Below are positions 8,833 to 16,859 of a stretch of DNA of 64,000 nt, piece by piece. Positions within the stretch are counted from its first letter, which is position 1; every line of letters starts with the position of its first letter. Both the position numbers and the translations under genes were made by a program. The DNA is from a virus (lineage: Duplodnaviria > Caudoviricetes). The stretch covers positions 6,208 to 70,207 of IMG/VR virus record IMGVR_UViG_3300036833_000303, one strand, 5' to 3'. The notes below the pieces were generated by a model. It did not search any database and had not been told where the DNA came from. It worked only from the letters and a program-made list of their open reading frames with translations.

Positions 8833-9096
8833 TCATCCTCGCACAGCGGGTGGTGGCGGTGCGGGCACTTGGATGATAATCGGGGCCGGCGGCGGTGCCG
8901 AGCCGACCTTGTACCCAACGAGACCGCCGAGCACGCCGAACAGCACGGCGACGACGCCGACTGCGGTGATGATCACCTTCCACGGCTCCAAGCGTTCGAG
9001 TCTGATCTTGTAACGGGTGTCGGCTTGCTTATTGTCAATGTCGGCGCGCATTTGATCCATCTTCAGCTTGCGCTCTTCCTCGCCGTCGGTCGTCAT
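8833..9096 (-). CDS. Small coiled-coil/TM/Pro-rich membrane protein
   Basis: MTTDGEEERKLKMDQM...WKVIITAVGVVAVLFGVLGGLVGY...PAPIIIQVP; resembles 20561-20842. Confidence 0.62.
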   Translation of the reverse strand: MTTDGEEERKLKMDQMRADIDNKQADTRYKIRLERLEPWKVIITAVGVVAVLFGVLGGLVGYKVGSAPPPAPIIIQVPAPPPPAVRG

Positions 9097-9156
9097 CAGC
9101 CCTGGGCCGCTCATTAAGATCGAGCTGACCCAAGGCTTCCGCCATGGCTTCCGCGC

Positions 9157-9442
9157 TCATGGGTCGGGGTGCTTGAGTTTTTCGACCCGTTCGGTGAGTT
9201 CGTCGATTTGCTCCTGCATGTCTGTTTCGGCTTCTGCCCGGTCAGTATCTGCCTGCCGGGAACGCCAATAGCGTATGCTCGATGTGATCTAGCCGATGAT
9301 CGATGTGAGATAGCCGATGGTCGATGCGGGCCATTCGACTGCGTAGATTCTGGTTATCCCTTCGCAGCATGTTTTGACTGTCTAAAACGCGCTGCACCAT
9401 CTTTTGCAGCAAATCCAAAGTGACCGGTTCAGGCATGGCCAT
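9157..9442 (-). pseudogene. Frameshifted heptad coiled-coil protein
   Basis: IDHRLSH-IDHRLDH heptads. A one-base shift near 9261 joins it to SRQADTDRAEAETDMQEQIDELTERVEKLK. Confidence 0.55.
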
Positions 9443-9690
9443 TACCTCGTCAGCGCGGCGGCGGCAAGGGCGACAGCTTGCGCCCCGACCATCGCGGCCA
9501 TCACGCCCCACAGGTAGGCCCGGCTCGGTTTCTCGGCCAATTCAGCCTTGGTCGCCAAGTATGGCAGTTCGGTCTTCAGCCGCTCGTCGATGCGGATGAT
9601 CAGCGGCTCGAGCCGCCCGAGCGTCGTCTTGATCTCGCGGATATCCTCTTCGATGCGGTCGAGGCGGGCTTCGGCCCGGGCTTCGCTCAT
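9442..9690 (-). CDS. Coiled-coil + C-terminal TM protein (DUF1640/XhlA-like)
   Basis: RLDRIEEDIREIK...LATKAEL...YLWGVMAAMVGAQAVALAAA. Confidence 0.7.
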   Translation of the reverse strand: MSEARAEARLDRIEEDIREIKTTLGRLEPLIIRIDERLKTELPYLATKAELAEKPSRAYLWGVMAAMVGAQAVALAAAALTR

Positions 9691-9977
9691 CGGCCGAGCT
9701 CCTCGGCAAAGTCGCGGGCCAGATGCTCGATCTCGTCACCGAGCGCCATGAGGTCGTGTCCGAGGTCGTCCTGCGCGCGCTCGACCTGCTGTGCGAAGCG
9801 GTAGGCGCGCATGGCGATCGCCACCGCCTTGGGGACGTGCTCGAGCTTTGCCCCGCTCGAGGTCGTCCCGGCCTCGTAATAGCCGTAGGTTCGCAAGGTG
9901 ACGCCGAGACGCTCGGCGGCGGTCTTCTGGGTCCACCCGAGCTCGAGGCAGATCTGGCGCAATTCGGTTGGTGTCAT
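9687..9977 (-). CDS. XRE-family HTH protein
   Basis: MTPTELRQICLELGWTQKTAAERLGVTLRTYGYYEAG. Confidence 0.78.
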   Translation of the reverse strand: MTPTELRQICLELGWTQKTAAERLGVTLRTYGYYEAGTTSSGAKLEHVPKAVAIAMRAYRFAQQVERAQDDLGHDLMALGDEIEHLARDFAEELGR

Positions 9978-9992
9978 CGGTCAGCCTTGGGT

Positions 9993-10035
9993 AAGCTTCT
10001 ACGCGCGAGGCTTCGAAGCTTCAGCGAAGTAGCCT
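9993..10035. repeat. Palindromic miniature repeat
   Basis: 9993-10034 is 39/42 identical to 52942-52983. Confidence 0.8.
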
Positions 10036-10074
10036 ATTTCTAGCGGTCTCGCGGGCCGCGCTCGCCGGCTTCGT

Positions 10075-10137
10075 TCCTTTCGCCGACGAGCACCGGGAGC
10101 GGGCACGTGCCCGGGGGATTCCAGTCTCGCCGGGCAC
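10075..10137 (-). promoter_or_regulatory. Degenerate hairpin(CTGGAA)-GAAAGGA leader cassette
   Basis: GTGCCCGG/CCGGGCAC stem enclosing CTGGAA, then GAAAGGA, but no start codon at the usual spacing. Confidence 0.45.
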
Positions 10138-10139
10138 AC

Positions 10140-10484
10140 TCATGTGAGTGCCCCCACTTTCGCGGCCACCCGAAGCAGCAGCCACAAGCTCGGCGCTCCG
10201 GCAACCGTCAGCACGCCGTAAATCCCGGCGACCATCCATTTGAGCACAAACAGATCGGCCTCGATTTTGGTAACCCGGCCGTCAAGGCCGGCAAGCCGAC
10301 CGTCGATGGCTCCTACCCGGCCGTCAAGGCCGGCAAGTCGACCGTCGATGGCTCCTAGCCGGTTGTCGATCGAATCGAGCCGGTTCTCGTAGCTCGCCAA
10401 TTCCTCGGCGGCGGCCTGTGCCTCGGCTTCTGGCACACCTGCAGCTTTGAACGCGGCGTAAGTTTTCGCCAGCATGATTGGCAT
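10140..10484 (-). CDS. Coiled-coil + TM protein (DUF1640/CCDC90-like) with tandem heptad repeats
   Basis: MLAKTYAAFKAAGVPEAEAQAAAE...(IDGRLAG LDGRV)x2...VLKWMVAGI; GAAAGGA RBS. Confidence 0.75.
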   Translation of the reverse strand: MPIMLAKTYAAFKAAGVPEAEAQAAAEELASYENRLDSIDNRLGAIDGRLAGLDGRVGAIDGRLAGLDGRVTKIEADLFVLKWMVAGIYGVLTVAGAPSLWLLLRVAAKVGALT

Positions 10485-10495
10485 CGGGAAGGTCG

Positions 10496-10556
10496 TCCTT
10501 TCGGGGCCGGGTTCCAGCGCCGGCCCTGTAGATATACGCATTTAATGCGGGATTGC
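10496..10556 (-). promoter_or_regulatory. Promoter-operator-hairpin-RBS cassette
   Basis: TAGCAA-tccc-GCATTAAATGC-g-TATATC, then GGCCGG-cgctggaac-CCGGCC, then GAAAGGA. Confidence 0.7.
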
Positions 10557-10711
10557 TATGGTTTGCTCTTCTTGATTGCCTTGGCGGCGAGGCGCCGCTG
10601 ATTGCGCGCAGAGGGCGGGTCCTTCGTCCCATCCGAGATTGTGCCCTCGATGGAAATTTTACGGCCCTTAAGGGGGCTCCGGCGTTTGGTCTTCACGGCT
10701 GAGTGTCCCAT
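10556..10711 (-). CDS. Small basic peptide (51 aa)
   Basis: TGATG-coupled to the upstream micro-ORF; K/R-rich. Confidence 0.35.
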   Translation of the reverse strand: MGHSAVKTKRRSPLKGRKISIEGTISDGTKDPPSARNQRRLAAKAIKKSKP

Positions 10712-10815
10712 CACGAAAGCAGCCAGATCGCGACGACGGCGATGCAGATCATTACCGCGAACGCCGCGCCCACCTCGGACGAGGTGTTTTGGCGGAACTC
10801 CCGAGGGTTATTCAC
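10711..10815 (-). CDS. Single-TM micropeptide (34 aa)
   Basis: GTG overlaps the stop of the upstream gene; VGAAFAVMICIAVVAIWLLS. Confidence 0.4.
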   Translation of the reverse strand: MNNPREFRQNTSSEVGAAFAVMICIAVVAIWLLS

Positions 10816-11080
10816 TTACCGCCCTCCCGGTAGGATTGAGGCCGTAGACGTTCATGCATTTGTCGAACAGGAACTTGTCGCGCGAATCGCCCATCCAGTG
10901 GACCCAGCCGCCCGGCGCCAGATACGCGTCGAATATGCTGTTCGGCCGGAACATGCTGGCGAGCCGGGTTTGGCTCACGCAATACGTGACGGTATAACTG
11001 TTCAGCAGGGTCTGCGCCCTAGCAGATACGCAGCCGACGAGCGCAACCGCCAAAGCGGCTGCGGTGATCATGATCTTCAT
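10808..11080 (-). CDS. Small secreted protein (moron)
   Basis: Signal peptide MKIMITAAALAVALVGCVSARA; cassette RBS. Confidence 0.65.
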   Translation of the reverse strand: MKIMITAAALAVALVGCVSARAQTLLNSYTVTYCVSQTRLASMFRPNSIFDAYLAPGGWVHWMGDSRDKFLFDKCMNVYGLNPTGRAVSE

Positions 11081-11088
11081 CGAAGGGT

Positions 11089-11153
11089 TCCTTTCAAGGC
11101 CGGCGTTCCAGCGCCGGTAGGGGTCTAGGTAAGCATTAAATGCAGAGTGTCAA
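11089..11153 (-). promoter_or_regulatory. Promoter-operator-hairpin-RBS cassette
   Basis: TTGACA-ctct-GCATTTAATGC-t-TACCTA, then CCGGC-gctggaac-GCCGG, then GAAAGGA. Confidence 0.75.
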
Positions 11154-11431
11154 GGTGCCTGGCGGCTGGCGATGATCGCGTTGGCGATGGCGTTGACTTG
11201 GGCTGCAACCTCGGCGCGCTGGGCGCGAAACTCCTCGGCCATGTCGCGGCGTGCCTGCACCAGGTCGCCGCGGATCTCGGCAAACCGTTGATCGCTCTCG
11301 CGGCGCATTTCGGTAAATTGATCGTCGAACTTGTCCATGCGCTTTTCGAGCCGCGTGAACATAAAGGCGAACAAACCAAAACCACCGATGATCAGGGTGG
11401 CCAGCGCGCTGAACTGAGCCAATTCCATCAT
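11150..11431 (-). CDS. N-terminal TM + coiled-coil protein
   Basis: FSALATLIIGGFGLFAFMF-TRLEKRMDKFDDQFTEMRRE... Confidence 0.7.
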   Translation of the reverse strand: MMELAQFSALATLIIGGFGLFAFMFTRLEKRMDKFDDQFTEMRRESDQRFAEIRGDLVQARRDMAEEFRAQRAEVAAQVNAIANAIIASRQAP

Positions 11432-11661
11432 GCACCTGCCGGGAAGTAGAGATCGCCGCGCCGGGTGACCCGGCCGGTCTCGACCAGGAGCCGCATCATC
11501 GCCTCGAACTGGGCGAGGCTGAGGTATGGCATCAGAGCCGCGTACATGACGCCGCCAGGCGCGCCCTGCGGGCTCTCGTTGACGGTGGCGATCACCGCGT
11601 CGCACACGCGCTTGGCGGTGAGCAACGCGTTGCGGTCTTCACGGGACATCTGTTGGGTCAT
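11428..11661 (-). CDS. Small hypothetical (winged-helix-like) protein
   Basis: Cassette RBS before ATG 11661; 77 aa. Confidence 0.65.
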   Translation of the reverse strand: MTQQMSREDRNALLTAKRVCDAVIATVNESPQGAPGGVMYAALMPYLSLAQFEAMMRLLVETGRVTRRGDLYFPAGA

Positions 11662-11668
11662 CGGGGGT

Positions 11669-11699
11669 TCCTTTCGAGTGATCGCGTTCCAGCGCGGTC
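11669..11699 (-). promoter_or_regulatory. Hairpin-RBS cassette without promoter/operator
   Basis: GACCGC-gctggaac-GCGATC, then GAAAGGA. Confidence 0.65.
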
Positions 11700-11700
11700 G

Positions 11701-11772
11701 TTAAACGAGGTAGAGCAGTAGCTCCTGGGCGCCGAACAGTTGCTCCGCACCGCAGGCCTCGCAGGTGTAGTT
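11701..11772 (-). pseudogene. Orphan 3' fragment of a Zn-ribbon phage gene
   Basis: NYTCEACGAEQLFGAQELLLYLV* has no proper 5' end. Confidence 0.35.
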
Positions 11773-12049
11773 AGCCCACGCCGACGGTGTCGCGCAGCAC
11801 GGCGAGGTCATCTGCGCCGATGATTGCGCACATGGAATAGGTGCCGTAGGGTTTGAATTGCTCGACGCCATCGTAAACGTAGAGGCCTCGGCGCACGGTC
11901 TTGTCGCCAACCCTGATTGTCACGGTCTTCGCTGTGCGGCTCAAGATCTCGAACGACAGGATCGTGTCGTAATCGCAGATCGAACGAGTTTGATAGGTTT
12001 GCCCAATCTTGAATTTCTCGGTGGCGGTTTGGATCTGGGACTTTTTCAC
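11771..12049 (-). CDS. Hypothetical protein (moron)
   Basis: GTG 12049 after the cassette RBS; FKIGQTYQTRSICDYD... Confidence 0.65.
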   Translation of the reverse strand: MKKSQIQTATEKFKIGQTYQTRSICDYDTILSFEILSRTAKTVTIRVGDKTVRRGLYVYDGVEQFKPYGTYSMCAIIGADDLAVLRDTVGVG

Positions 12050-12058
12050 TGGAGGGGT

Positions 12059-12133
12059 TCCTTTCTGAGCCTCGACCGGGGTTCCAGCACCGGGCGATAG
12101 GCGAGATATAAGCATTTAATGCATGATTACAAG
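12059..12133 (-). promoter_or_regulatory. Promoter-operator-hairpin-RBS cassette
   Basis: TTGTAA-tcat-GCATTAAATGC-t-TATATC, then cccggt-gctggaac-cccgg, then GAAAGGA. Confidence 0.75.
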
Positions 12134-12169
12134 TAGCCCGCCCAAAAAAAAGCGCGCGGAGGCGAGGCC

Positions 12170-12625
12170 ATGGCCATGCGCAACGGCGTCGTCGGCGCCT
12201 TCGTGCCCGACCGCTACCACAAAAAGCTCGTCACCGAGTTGGTCGGCTTCGGTCTGACGCACGAAGAGATCGCCCCGCTGGTGATCGACTACCACACCCA
12301 GCAGCCGATTAGCGCTTCTAGCCTGCGGCGTCACTTCCGCCGCGAGCTGACACTGGGTCTGCCCAAGGCTAACGCGACGATCGCCCGCGCCCTCTTCAAG
12401 GCCGCCGCGCAGGGCAACGTCACCGCCCAGATCTTCTGGCTGAAGACCAGGGCAGGTTGGCGCGAGGTGCAGTTCGTCGAGGTCGTGCCGTCACCGTCGG
12501 AGATGTCGGATGAACAGCTCGACCGGTTCATCGAGCGCGGCGAGGCTGACATCCGCACGCGTGAAGCGGGAGGCAACGTCGCTTCGCTTAGCGCTTATCG
12601 AAAGAGACCGCCGCCGCCAGGCTGA
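12170..12625 (+). CDS. terS: Terminase small subunit
   Basis: Directly upstream of terL; HTH-like N-terminus; ALFKAAAQGNVTAQIFWLKTRAGWRE. Confidence 0.78.
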   Translation: MAMRNGVVGAFVPDRYHKKLVTELVGFGLTHEEIAPLVIDYHTQQPISASSLRRHFRRELTLGLPKANATIARALFKAAAQGNVTAQIFWLKTRAGWREVQFVEVVPSPSEMSDEQLDRFIERGEADIRTREAGGNVASLSAYRKRPPPPG

Positions 12626-14042
12626 GGCGAGCCGCTTTGCCGCCTGGCGCGACAAGCCCGCGGCGTTTGTCGCCGAGGTGCTCGGCGAATTCCTGTGGTC
12701 GAAGCAGATCGAGATCGCCGAGGCGCTGATCGGTCATCGCAAGGTCGCCGTGCAGTCCTGCCACGGGCCCGGCAAGTCCTTTATCGGGGCGCGCATCGTC
12801 GACTGGTTTATCGCCACCGCCGTCCCCGGCGAGGCGCGGGCGATCACCACCGCGCCCACCGGCGACCAGGTCCGTGGGGTGCTGTGGCACGAGATCAACA
12901 CCGCGCATACCAAGGGCCGATTGCCCGGCCGCACCACCCAGACCGAATGGTGGATCGGCAAGTTCCTGGCCGCACTCGGGCGCAAACCTTCCGACTACGC
13001 GCCGATCGCCTTCCAGGGCTACCACGCCAAGCGGCTCTTGGTGCTGATCGACGAGGCTTGCGGCGTCCCGCTGTCGCTGTGGATCGCCGCCGACTCGCTG
13101 CTCACCACCGAGGAGAGCCGCATCCTGGCGATCGGCAACCCCGACGACCCGGCTTCGCAGTTCGCCACCGTGTGCAAGCCGGGCTCGGGCTGGCACGTCA
13201 TTCGCATCAACGCCTTCGACACCCCGAACTTCACCGGCGAGGAGGTTCCCGATGCGATCCGGCCGCTCTTGACCTCGCGGATCTGGGTCGAGGACAAGCG
13301 CAAGAGCTGGGGCGAAGCCTCGCCCTTGTGGCAGTCGAAGGTGCTGGGCCTCTTCCCCGACGTCGGCGACGACACGCTCATTCCGCCGGGCTGGCTGCGC
13401 GCCGCAGTCGACCGCTATGCCGAGACGCAAGACGACCCGGAGGCCGAGGTCGAGCTCGGCTGCGACATCGCCCGTTTCGGCATGGACGAGACGGTGATCA
13501 TCATGCGCCGCGGCATCCGCGCGCGGATTTACGCCACCTTGCACCAGCGGGATTTGATGACCGTCACCGGCACCATCGTGCGGGCGATCAAGGACACCGG
13601 TGCCCGGCGGTGCAAGATCGACGATGCGGGTCTCGGCGGCGGGGTGACCGATCGCCTCCTCGAGCTGGTCTCCGAACGCGAGTTCGCCGGCCAGGACGTC
13701 GAGATCATCCCGATCAACGTCGGTACCGCGGCGACCGAGGGCGACGAGCCGCGCTCGACCCAAGAGCGCTTCCGCAACCTCAAGGCCGAAATTTCTTGGG
13801 CCCTGCGCGACCGCTTTGAGACCGGCGATATCGCGATCGAAGAGGACGAGGATCTGCTCGGCCAGACTGCGGTGATCAAATACAAGCTCACCTCACGCGG
13901 CCAGATCGAGATCGAGCGCAAGGAAGACATCAAGAAGCGCGGGTTGCCCAGCCCCGATCGATTCGATGCTCTCGTCCTCGCATTTGCTCCTCGTACTTCG
14001 CGCTCGCTGCGGGCTTGGGAATCGCTTTTGGAGAACCGCTGA
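12561..14042 (+). CDS. terL: Terminase large subunit
   Basis: SCHGPGKS Walker A, LIDEA Walker B, GCDIARFGMDET and PSPDRFDALVLAFA nuclease motifs. Start probably GTG 12561. Confidence 0.92.
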   Translation: MKREATSLRLALIERDRRRQAEASRFAAWRDKPAAFVAEVLGEFLWSKQIEIAEALIGHRKVAVQSCHGPGKSFIGARIVDWFIATAVPGEARAITTAPTGDQVRGVLWHEINTAHTKGRLPGRTTQTEWWIGKFLAALGRKPSDYAPIAFQGYHAKRLLVLIDEACGVPLSLWIAADSLLTTEESRILAIGNPDDPASQFATVCKPGSGWHVIRINAFDTPNFTGEEVPDAIRPLLTSRIWVEDKRKSWGEASPLWQSKVLGLFPDVGDDTLIPPGWLRAAVDRYAETQDDPEAEVELGCDIARFGMDETVIIMRRGIRARIYATLHQRDLMTVTGTIVRAIKDTGARRCKIDDAGLGGGVTDRLLELVSEREFAGQDVEIIPINVGTAATEGDEPRSTQERFRNLKAEISWALRDRFETGDIAIEEDEDLLGQTAVIKYKLTSRGQIEIERKEDIKKRGLPSPDRFDALVLAFAPRTSRSLRAWESLLENR

Positions 14043-14252
14043 ATGGCGCAACCACCAGAGCGACCCGAGCCGATGCTGCAGTTCTTCGTCTACGCCCACC
14101 TGCGTGACGATTTGAAGCCGATCAGCCAGGTGTTCTGCGACCTGGCGCACGAGCTCGTCAACACCCTGCCGCGCAATCCCGAGAGAACGACGGCGCTGCG
14201 CAAATTGATGGAGGCCAAGGACTGTAGTATAAGAGCCTTGTTGTACAAGTAA
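14043..14252 (+). CDS. Small helical-hairpin protein, possibly Acb2/Tad1-hairpin-like
   Basis: LQFFVYAHL...FCDLAHELVNTLPRNPERTTALRKLMEAKDCSIRA. Confidence 0.55.
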   Translation: MAQPPERPEPMLQFFVYAHLRDDLKPISQVFCDLAHELVNTLPRNPERTTALRKLMEAKDCSIRALLYK

Positions 14253-15872
14253 ATGGCGCAGACCACCCGCCGGCGCAGCATCGCATCAACGGTAAATAAA
14301 GCGCAGGCACAAGAAAAGCGCGCGCGGCGCAACCCGCCAACGGCAGACTCATTTCAGAACTTTGCCAGTTCCGTTGGGATGGGCACTCGCAATTTGCATA
14401 GTGCCAGTACCTATGGCTTCAACCCGCTCTCGCGCGAGCGCACATTGCTCGAGTGGATGTACCGGGGCAGCTGGATCTGCGGCATCGCCGTCGACAGCGT
14501 CGCCGACGACATGGTCAAGATGGGGGTGGACTTTGGCGGAACCCTGCCGCCCGACGACGGCGAGAACCTGGAAAAGGCGCTGGCCGACCATCAGATCTGG
14601 AACCAGCTCAACGAGCTGATAAAGTGGGGCCGGCTCTACGGCGGGGCGATCGCCGTGATGATGGTCGACGGGCAAGACCCGGCCACCCCATTGCGCATCG
14701 ACACCGTCACCAAAGGTCAGTTCAGGGGTTTGCTGGTGCTCGACCGGTGGATGGTCGAGCCGTCGCTCAATAACCTCGTCAGCGACGCCGGCCCCGATCT
14801 GGGCCTGCCGAAATTCTACAAGATCACCGCCGACGCGCCGGCTCTGCCGCGCATGGATGTGCACTACAGCCGCTGCTTTCGCTACACCGGGGTCGATCTG
14901 CCGTATTGGCAGAAGATCGCCGAGAACATGTGGGGCATATCGATCTACGAGCGACTGTGGGATAGACTCACTGCGTTCGACTCGGCGACCCAAGGTGTGG
15001 CGCAGCTGATCTACCGGGCATATCTGCGCTGGGTCAAGATCAAGAACCTGCGCGAGATGATCGGCGCCGGCGGCAAGCGCCGCGATCTGCTGTTGCAGCA
15101 GATCGACATGATGCGCATGTTCCAATCGAACGAGGGCATCTCGCTGCTCGACGCCGAGGACGAGTTCGGCGCCTCGACCTACAGCTTTGCCGGGCTCGAC
15201 ACGGCACTCCTGCAGTTCGGCCAGCAGCTGTCCGGGGCATTGCAGATCCCGCTGGTGCGGCTCTTCGGCCAATCGCCGGCCGGGCTCAACGCGACCGGTG
15301 AGAGCGACCTGCGCTTATTTTACGACGGGATCCACCAGCAGCAGGAGATGCGGCTGCGCCGGCCTTTGACCAAGACGATCAACATCCTCGCCAGGAGCGA
15401 AGGGATCAAATTGCCCGACACCTTCGCCTACACCTTCCGGGCGCTCTGGCAGTTGACCACCAAGGAGAAGGCCGAGGTCGCCGAGCTCACCACCCGCACC
15501 GTGCTCAGCGCCGACGAGCTCGGCGTGATATCGCGCAAGACCACCCTCGAGGAGCTGCGTCAGTCAGGTCGCGAAACCGGGGTGTGGAGCACGATCAGCG
15601 ACGAGGACATCGAGGCCGCCTCGGCCGATCTGCCGCCGGCCCCCGCCGAAGCCTCGGCGCAGGCGGGTGGTGTTCCCGGCATGCCGGTGGCTCCCGGCGC
15701 CGGCGAACGGCCGGGCCCGGGCAGCGAGGTCGAGGGCGAACCGGGGCAAGGCGAGACCGGGAAGTCGACCAGGCTCGGGCCGGGGCTGGCACCAATCCAG
15801 GGCGGCGCCCAACGTCCGCGGTTGCCCGTGCCACCGCCCAGAGTCACCCTTGGCCGCGGGGAGGCAGCATGA
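14253..15872 (+). CDS. Portal protein (DUF1073 family)
   Basis: LEWMYRGSWICGIAVDSVADDM...WGRLYGG...IPLVRLFGQSPAGLNATGESD. Confidence 0.9.
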   Translation: MAQTTRRRSIASTVNKAQAQEKRARRNPPTADSFQNFASSVGMGTRNLHSASTYGFNPLSRERTLLEWMYRGSWICGIAVDSVADDMVKMGVDFGGTLPPDDGENLEKALADHQIWNQLNELIKWGRLYGGAIAVMMVDGQDPATPLRIDTVTKGQFRGLLVLDRWMVEPSLNNLVSDAGPDLGLPKFYKITADAPALPRMDVHYSRCFRYTGVDLPYWQKIAENMWGISIYERLWDRLTAFDSATQGVAQLIYRAYLRWVKIKNLREMIGAGGKRRDLLLQQIDMMRMFQSNEGISLLDAEDEFGASTYSFAGLDTALLQFGQQLSGALQIPLVRLFGQSPAGLNATGESDLRLFYDGIHQQQEMRLRRPLTKTINILARSEGIKLPDTFAYTFRALWQLTTKEKAEVAELTTRTVLSADELGVISRKTTLEELRQSGRETGVWSTISDEDIEAASADLPPAPAEASAQAGGVPGMPVAPGAGERPGPGSEVEGEPGQGETGKSTRLGPGLAPIQGGAQRPRLPVPPPRVTLGRGEAA

Positions 15873-15902
15873 GTACAGCCGGCGCCCGCGAGGCCTCTTG
15901 AA

Positions 15903-16859
15903 GTGCGCTCGGCTGATGACGTCACCGTCCGGCGCGGGATTGCCGAGCCGCAGGGCGGCTACGGCTACTACAAAGGCTGGTCGCCGTTCTTTGGCGGACG
16001 CGGTCAGCACATCGGGGCCGAGCTCGCCCGCGCCAACGCGCTGCGGGCGCGACGCGCCGAGAAACAATTCGCCGTGCAGCTGCGGCAGATCGCCCGCCAC
16101 GTCGGCAACATCGTCAACGGCATGCTGGGGATCGCGCCGAGCACCGCCGAACTCACCGCCATCGAGGCCGCGCTCGACGCCTACGCCCGGCTGATCGAGC
16201 CGTGGGCGACCGCCACGGCGACGCGCATGCTCACCGACGTCGAGCGCCGCGATGCCGCTGGCTGGCATAAACTAGGACGAGAAATATACCGGGCGCTGCA
16301 TCAGGAAATCGAGGCTGTTCCGATCTCCTCCATGCTCAATGATCTCCTAGAGGAACAGGTACGATTGATTCAATCGCTCCCCAGAGAAGCGTCCGAGCGA
16401 GTTCACCAACTCGGAATCGAAGCGATCACCGGAGGCAAGCGCTGGGAAGAGATCGCGCAAGCGCTCTTTGCGACTGGCGATGTCACGTTGTCGCGCGCGA
16501 ATGTCATAGCCAGGACTGAGACAAGTAGAACTGCAAGCGAAATACAGGCTACCCGCGCGCAGGGGATTGGCAGTACACATTTCCAATGGTTCACGGCAAA
16601 TGATGCTGATGTCAGGCCGTTGCATAAGAAGATCGCTCGCGAAAATGGCGGAGTGTATGCTTGGAATAATCCACCTATTTTAGACGATGGACGTCCAGGA
16701 TTACCTGGAACTATCTGGAATTGCCGTTGTTATGCATCTCCACTACTTGCAGAGGATGATCTGAGAGGCGGGCCTGTGCCACGCAACCCGGCGTATCTAG
16801 CCGCCCTTCGCGAGCAGGGCTATTCCACTGGGGCCGCGTTCGAGGAAGGCACGTCTTGA
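15903..16859 (+). CDS. Minor head morphogenesis protein (Mu gpF/SPP1 gp7-like)
   Basis: RANVIARTETSR...WFTANDADVRPLH...PGTIWNCRC. Confidence 0.82.
   Translation: MRSADDVTVRRGIAEPQGGYGYYKGWSPFFGGRGQHIGAELARANALRARRAEKQFAVQLRQIARHVGNIVNGMLGIAPSTAELTAIEAALDAYARLIEPWATATATRMLTDVERRDAAGWHKLGREIYRALHQEIEAVPISSMLNDLLEEQVRLIQSLPREASERVHQLGIEAITGGKRWEEIAQALFATGDVTLSRANVIARTETSRTASEIQATRAQGIGSTHFQWFTANDADVRPLHKKIARENGGVYAWNNPPILDDGRPGLPGTIWNCRCYASPLLAEDDLRGGPVPRNPAYLAALREQGYSTGAAFEEGTS

Noticed and set aside
12588-13819. Long overlapping ORFs (e.g. 12588-13763 minus, 12695-13819 plus, and similar ones at 6834, 17789, 45250, 58611)
   Set aside because: These are shadow ORFs expected in high-GC DNA opposite or over well-supported genes, with Arg/Ala/Gly-rich nonsense composition.
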